The notes under the pieces are model-generated. The model saw only the letters and a list, made by a program, of their open reading frames with translations, made no database searches and was not told the origin of the DNA. A program made the translations under genes and the position numbers. Below, piece by piece: positions 58,480 through 64,000 of a stretch of 64,000 nucleotides of DNA. Source of the DNA: Tubulanus polymorphus (taxonomy: Eukaryota > Animalia > Nemertea); contig NC_134036.1 of NCBI RefSeq assembly GCF_964204645.1, positions 992,001-1,056,000 on the forward strand, written 5' to 3'. Position 1 is the stretch's first letter, and each line of letters starts with the position of its first letter.

Positions 58480-58790
58480 TATACATACCAAGTTCAATAC
58501 CAGAATTACAAAAATATACCGAATTAGATTTCTTTCTAAGATTTAACTTTGCGTTAAGATGAAGTGCAGTTCATCTTCGACACAGTTACACGTATCACAA
58601 AGCCTGTTTCCTCTACTCAATCCCAGGTGACTTTTTCTATCATAACTCGTTGAGATGAGGTGCAGAGTTTGGCAATTGCACTTCTAGTACTGAAATCCTC
58701 TACAACCAATAAATAGTTTTCTAGCTGATAAGACTGTTTAATCGTATTATGTTAAAAGATAATTTGCTCGGTAGTATACATAGGATTGAT
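58480..58790 (-). mobile_element. Decayed LINE 3' fragment with Cys/His zinc motif
   Basis: Minus strand reads AIAKLCTSS..MIEK..RLCDTCNCVEDELHFIL, a typical non-LTR ORF2 C-terminal motif, with frameshifts. Confidence 0.55.
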
Positions 58791-58815
58791 ATGTAGTATT
58801 GATAGTATTTGACAG

Positions 58816-59096
58816 CAGCGGCGGATCCAGGGGGGTGCACAGGAGGCATGTGCACCCCCCCTAAAGTCCTCGCTAATTTTTTTTAAGGACTGACCTTTTC
58901 GTGAGAACGAAGACAAGCATTTGAAAAATCCCTGAAAATACCTAAGCTCATGTCGTAGTTTGCGAACACTTTTTTACGGCAGATCTACGTCGTTTCATAC
59001 AGTCTGGTCGTGCCTTTACAATATTATCTGGGGGAGGACCCCCACACCCCTTATTTGGATGTGTGCCCCCCTCCATGGAATCCTGGATCTACCGCT
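58816..59096. mobile_element. MITE with CAGCGGCGGATCCAGG / CCTGGATCTACCGCTG termini
   Basis: 16-bp imperfect TIRs and G/C-run subterminal motifs; no TSD recognised. Confidence 0.7.
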
Positions 59097-60837
59097 GGTA
59101 AGTATATATAGTTTGATAGCGTGTGATAGGAATATGGGTTACTCCCACGGTATGTTTCTATTTTCATCCTTAGTAAGCCTATTGAAGGCTCTCAAAAATA
59201 ACAGGAATAATTCTCTCTCGTGATTGTGAGAATTTTCAGTTTTTACGGACAGATTTACTGAAAGGAATATAATTAATACATAAGAATGGTGTTTATTTTA
59301 GTCGGTGTTCATTGTGGTTTGACACGTATCTGACTACAATTGTCCGATATCAATTTAATACGTTTTAATTGATAGCAAATCCTGTTTAGACACCAATTTT
59401 AGAAGACGTTTTTCATTGTTTTAAGATATTTTGCGATCAACAGGTGTAAAGGGTGTTTCAGCAATTGGTGCAGTGCCGCTGTCGATCACCAGATGTCTCC
59501 ATATGTGTCTTTTCCGTATCAACTTTCCACTGAGGGAATGAAATGCGATACCAGCTGTTGTCAATAGCTGTTGCACAATAGAGTTTCACATATTTCGTTT
59601 AAATTCTGTTGTTTTTCTATTGACTACACTCATTCACCCGATGAAGCTTCTACACATTAATAGCGAAAGCTTGCGCGTCAAATAGATATTTAACCTATAG
59701 ATAGTACTACTCATCTCATTTATTCTAAACTCGGTTAACACCAGGCTACTCTACAAAAATTCAATTTAATTCATTTGTAATTGTGCTGGAGTGGTGACAC
59801 TTGTGTTTGACTGGTATTCACTGGGGTTCTCACATATAACTGACTAGAATTCATCGATATCAATTTCAAACATTTAAACGGTGCCCAAATTCCAGTTTAG
59901 TCGCCAATTTCAGAAGATGTTTCAATTTCTTTTTAGAGATTTTGCAGTTAACACCTACAAAGGATGTGACAGAGATTGCTGTAGTATTATTACTTGCCAC
60001 CAGATGTCTCTTTGTGTCATTTCTTTAATGTTTGACAAACTGATTATTGGGAGCTCCCAAAATGGAAGTCAAATGAATAGAACGAATCATTTAATGTTAA
60101 ACAGTTGTCTAGAATTTATAGTAAAAAAGTTAGTCATATATTAAGGTGAATCCTCCCTTGGCAGGGATTCGAACCTCAATACCGGGGGCACCCCCTGGTA
60201 CCCTGAATAGGAAGTTTGGTGCCTGAGTATACATCGAGGAGCCTTATTGTACTGAGATGCTAGTCAGTGTAGTTCGATAGTATGTGACGGGTATTAGAGT
60301 TGCGTGTTCAGCATGGTTCTTTGTATAGCCTTAATCAGCCTTTTGAAGGCCCTCAAAAATTGTGAAAAAAATTTTTGTCTTTGAGTTTACAGGCAGTTAC
60401 GTTGGAAGGAATATTATTTATACATAAAATGGTGTTTATTTTTGTCGGTGTTCACCGGGGTTTGACACATATCCGACTAGAATTGTCTGATTTCAATTTG
60501 ATATGTATGAATTGATATCATATCCTGTTTAGACACCAATTTTAGAAGATGCTTTCCATTGTTTTTAGATATTTTGCGATAAACAGGTGTAAAGGGTGTT
60601 TCAGCAATTGGTGCAGTACCGCTGATCACCAGATGTCTCCACGTCTCTTTTTTCCATATCAATTTTCCACCGAGGGACAGCTCATTAAAAAATCAAATGC
60701 GATACCGACTGTTATCAATGACTGAGACAGAGGGTATTTCAGAGGTTATTTTCTAAGGGGTTTCACATATTTCGTTTAAATTCTCAGTAGCATAGAACTT
60801 AGTCACTCTGCCTATATAGCCTGTAGATACTGTTGTT

Positions 60838-60912
60838 TTTCTATTGACTTCACTCATTCACCCGATGAAGTTTCTATACATTAGTAGCGAAAGCTTGTGC
60901 GTCAAATAGATA
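60838..60912 (+). ncRNA. Putative minimal type I hammerhead-like motif (Penelope/retrozyme style); copies at ~59615-59688 and ~31626-31680
   Basis: CAC-[C/T][C/T]GATGA-stem II-GAAA-GC-T(T/C)-GTG, with an outer CTATTGAC/GTCAAATAG helix. The cores are non-canonical (CCGATGA, TTGATGA). Confidence 0.45.
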
Positions 60913-60915
60913 GTT

Positions 60916-61992
60916 AACCTATAGATAGTACTACTCATCTCATCCATTCTAAACCCGGTTAACCTATAGATAGTACTACTCATCTAATTCATTCTAAACC
61001 CGGTTAACCTATAGATAGTACTACTCATCTCATCCATTCTAAACCCGGTTAACCTATAGATAGTACTACTCATCTCATCCATTCTAAACCCGGTTAACCT
61101 ATAGATAGTACTACTCATCTCATTTATTCTAAACCCGGTTAACCTATAGATAGTACTACTCATCTCATCCATTCTAAACCCGGTTAACCTATAGATAGTA
61201 CTACTCATCTAATTCATTCTAAACCCGGTTAACCTATAGATAGTACTACTCATCTCATTCATTCTAAACCCGGTTAACCTATAGATAGTACTACTCATCT
61301 AATTCATTCTAAACCCGGTTAACCTATAGATAGTACTACTCATCTCATCCATTCTAAACCCGGTTAACCTATAGATAGTACTACTCATCTCATCCATTCT
61401 AAACCCGGTTAACCTATAGATAGTACTACTCATCTCATTTATTCTAAACCCGGTTAACCTATAGATAGTACTACTCATCTCATCCATTCTAAACCCGGTT
61501 AACCTATAGATAGTACTACTCATCTCATTCATTCTAAACCCGGTTAACCTATAAATAGTACTACTCATCTCATTCATTCTAAACCCGGTTAACCTATAGA
61601 TAGTACTACTCATCTCATTCATTCTAAACCCGGTTAACCTATAGATAGTACTACTCATCTCATTCATTCTAAACCCGGTTAACCTATAGATAGTACTACT
61701 CATCTCATTCATTCTAAACCCGGTTAACCTATAGATAGTACTACTCATCTCATTCATTCTAAACCCGGTTAACCTATAGATAGTACTACTTATTCATTCT
61801 AAACCCTGTTAACCTATAGATAGTACTACTCATCTCATTCATTCTAAACCCGGTTAACCTATAAATAGTACTACTCATCTAGTTCATTCTAAACCCGGTT
61901 AACCTATAGATAGTACTACTCATCTCATTCATTCTAAACCCGGTTAACCTATAGATAGTACTACTCATCTCATTCATTCTAAACGCGGTTAA
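60916..61992. repeat. 45-bp satellite, ~24 copies (DPP9 intron)
   Basis: AACCTATAGATAGTACTACTCATCTCAT(C/T)CATTCTAAACCCGGTT. It explains the 15-aa periodic ORFs. Confidence 0.97.
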
Positions 61993-64000
61993 CCCCCAGG
62001 CTACTGTACGAGTCTTAGGATAGAACTGTACAGTTCACGGAAACCAACATCGGAGTCAAACTAAATGATAAAGCGACTTAATGAATGGGTATTCCACAAA
62101 TCTGTAATTGTAATGGCGATTTTCAGGAAATGTATTTCAGTTCCTCTCTATAGATATTATGTTTTTGTAGATATTAGTTTAGAGTACCCTCCCCGCGGCA
62201 GAGACGGAGGTTTATTTCCAATGAAGAAATATTTTTAAATTGATAAAAGACTTAGCATTTATGAATAAATGTAGCGGTATTTGGGCTGGTGTTTTTTGGG
62301 GGTTTCACATATATCTGAGTTGAATTTTCTGAGGTCAGCTGAATACAGAACTGGGAGCTGACCGGTGAGGTCACTCATGGACCCAGTTTCACGAAAAAGT
62401 TAAAGCCTATAACAGTTTTAAGTTTGAATTGTCCTCGTTGAAAACATGAAGTAACCAATAGAAATAACATCAAAAATTTGAGTTTACATTTTTTGTGAAA
62501 CTGGGCCCAGGCAGTATCCACTGAGCCTGCCTATAGGTATGGTTGACGTGGGTGGTGCGAGCAGATTTCCACTCAATGGCATCTCCTTTGCATGTTGGAA
62601 GCAATGCTGTTCTGAATATTGTATTTAGTGGTACCCTCCGCATGGGAGAGGCAAAAATTGATTTAAGAAGTTAATATTTTTATTGAGGTGACTGGGAGAC
62701 ACTTGTGTAGTTATCATTTCAATGTAGTTGTATTTTGACTGGTGTTTACTGGAGGTCTCACATATAACTGACTTGAATTCATCGATATCAATTTCAAACA
62801 TTTAAAGCATTCTCAAATTCCAGTTTAGTCGCCGATTTCAGAAGATGTTTCAAATTCTTTTTAGAAATTTTGCAGTTAACACCTACAAAGGATGATACAG
62901 AGATTGCTATAGTTTTATTATTTGCAACCAGATGTCTCTGTGTGTCATTTCTTTTATGTTCGACAAACTGATTGTTGGGAGCTCCCAAAATGGAAGTCAA
63001 ATGAATAGAACAAATCATTTAATGTTAAACAGTTGTCTAGAATTTATAGCGAAAAAATTAGTCCTTTTTTAAGGCGATATTTTCTAAGGGGAATTCATCA
63101 GAATTTGCTAAAACAGTTGTGCTTGTGTCAAACCAAAAATTCATATGAATTTTTAGTCATACTCAAATCTAGAATCTTCTGCTCGTGACACCTACCTCAA
63201 GTCTATTGATTTAGAGAATAATGGTTTGTTTATTGTTGTAGATATTAATCACGTCTTGTTTTACCCTCCTCTCGGGATTGACAAAAATTATTTCATTTTC
63301 GATATGAAGAAAGAAATCTTTGTTACACAAATAGAGTTGAGAATTTTATGAATAAATATAGCTGTATTTTGGCCGGTGTTTTGTGAGCAGTTCACATATA
63401 TCTAACTAGAATTCATTGATATAAATTCGATACATTTGAAGTGATATCAACTTCGGTATGTTTTGATTTCTTCAAAATACTTTGCGATAAACACGTGTTC
63501 AGGATGTTTCAGCGATCGATTCGGTACCGTAATTGATCACCAGATGTCTCCGCGTGTCTTTCCCTAGTAAATATTCATATATTCGTATTTGTGATTATAT
63601 CAAGATAATACGATTGAACCAATATCGACCGATTTCCCCTTTGTATCTTGGAACTGTTTTGATCGAATTCGACAAACATGTGCTTTTAGGTGTCATTACT
63701 ATTCCCATAGAGCGATTACTGAAATTAAGTTGGAATTATTTACGTGTGCGCCGATCTCTGAGACAGCCCGAAAATAAATCCTACTTGCAAAAATGATCTT
63801 TTCGATCTTAAGATAGGGATTGTCCCCATTATTTATTTTATTCAATATAACAGTTGATACCTAGAAATAAATCAGGAGAGTCTATATATGACCACCAGAT
63901 GTCTCTGCCTGTATGACTAAATGAGGATTCAATTCTCCAGTGTGGGCTTATCTTGTTTGTATATTATGAACTCTCCATTTTGCGGAGAGCTCAAAAATTC

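Noticed and set aside
60916-61992. CRISPR-like regular array and periodic ORFs (also 34569-35807 and 57125-57570)
   Set aside because: Units are head-to-tail with no unique spacers and no cas genes, and they lie inside eukaryotic introns. The ORFs arise where unit length is a multiple of 3.

Overview
Eukaryotic (invertebrate animal) genomic DNA: AT-rich and gene-dense, with short GT-AG introns full of MITEs and minisatellites. I assembled the spliced gene models by hand. In order: cyclin H (5' end outside the window, +), a secreted trypsin-type protease with an N-terminal six-Cys clip/defensin-like module (+), a divergent intronless-CDS SLC18-like transporter (-), TXNL1 (+), a roughly 9 kb repeat-derived gene-free interval, DNAJA (-), ZWILCH (-), a canonical DHFR directly followed by a strongly divergent DHFR-like paralogue (+), a METTL25-family methyltransferase (-), and the 5' part of DPP8/9 (+). 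The best lead is the DHFR pair. A donor site just before the DHFR stop codon and an acceptor 6 nt before the paralogue's ATG are in frame, which predicts a two-domain DHFR::DHFR-like fusion isoform, and the second domain has a remodelled folate pocket. Other leads: an alternative acidic, Cys-rich C-terminal exon in TXNL1; hammerhead-like motifs in a dispersed repeat that seeded a 45-bp satellite; an SLC18 homologue lacking the canonical acidic residues; and minisatellites that multiply splice donors. Family assignments come from motif recall, not database searches.
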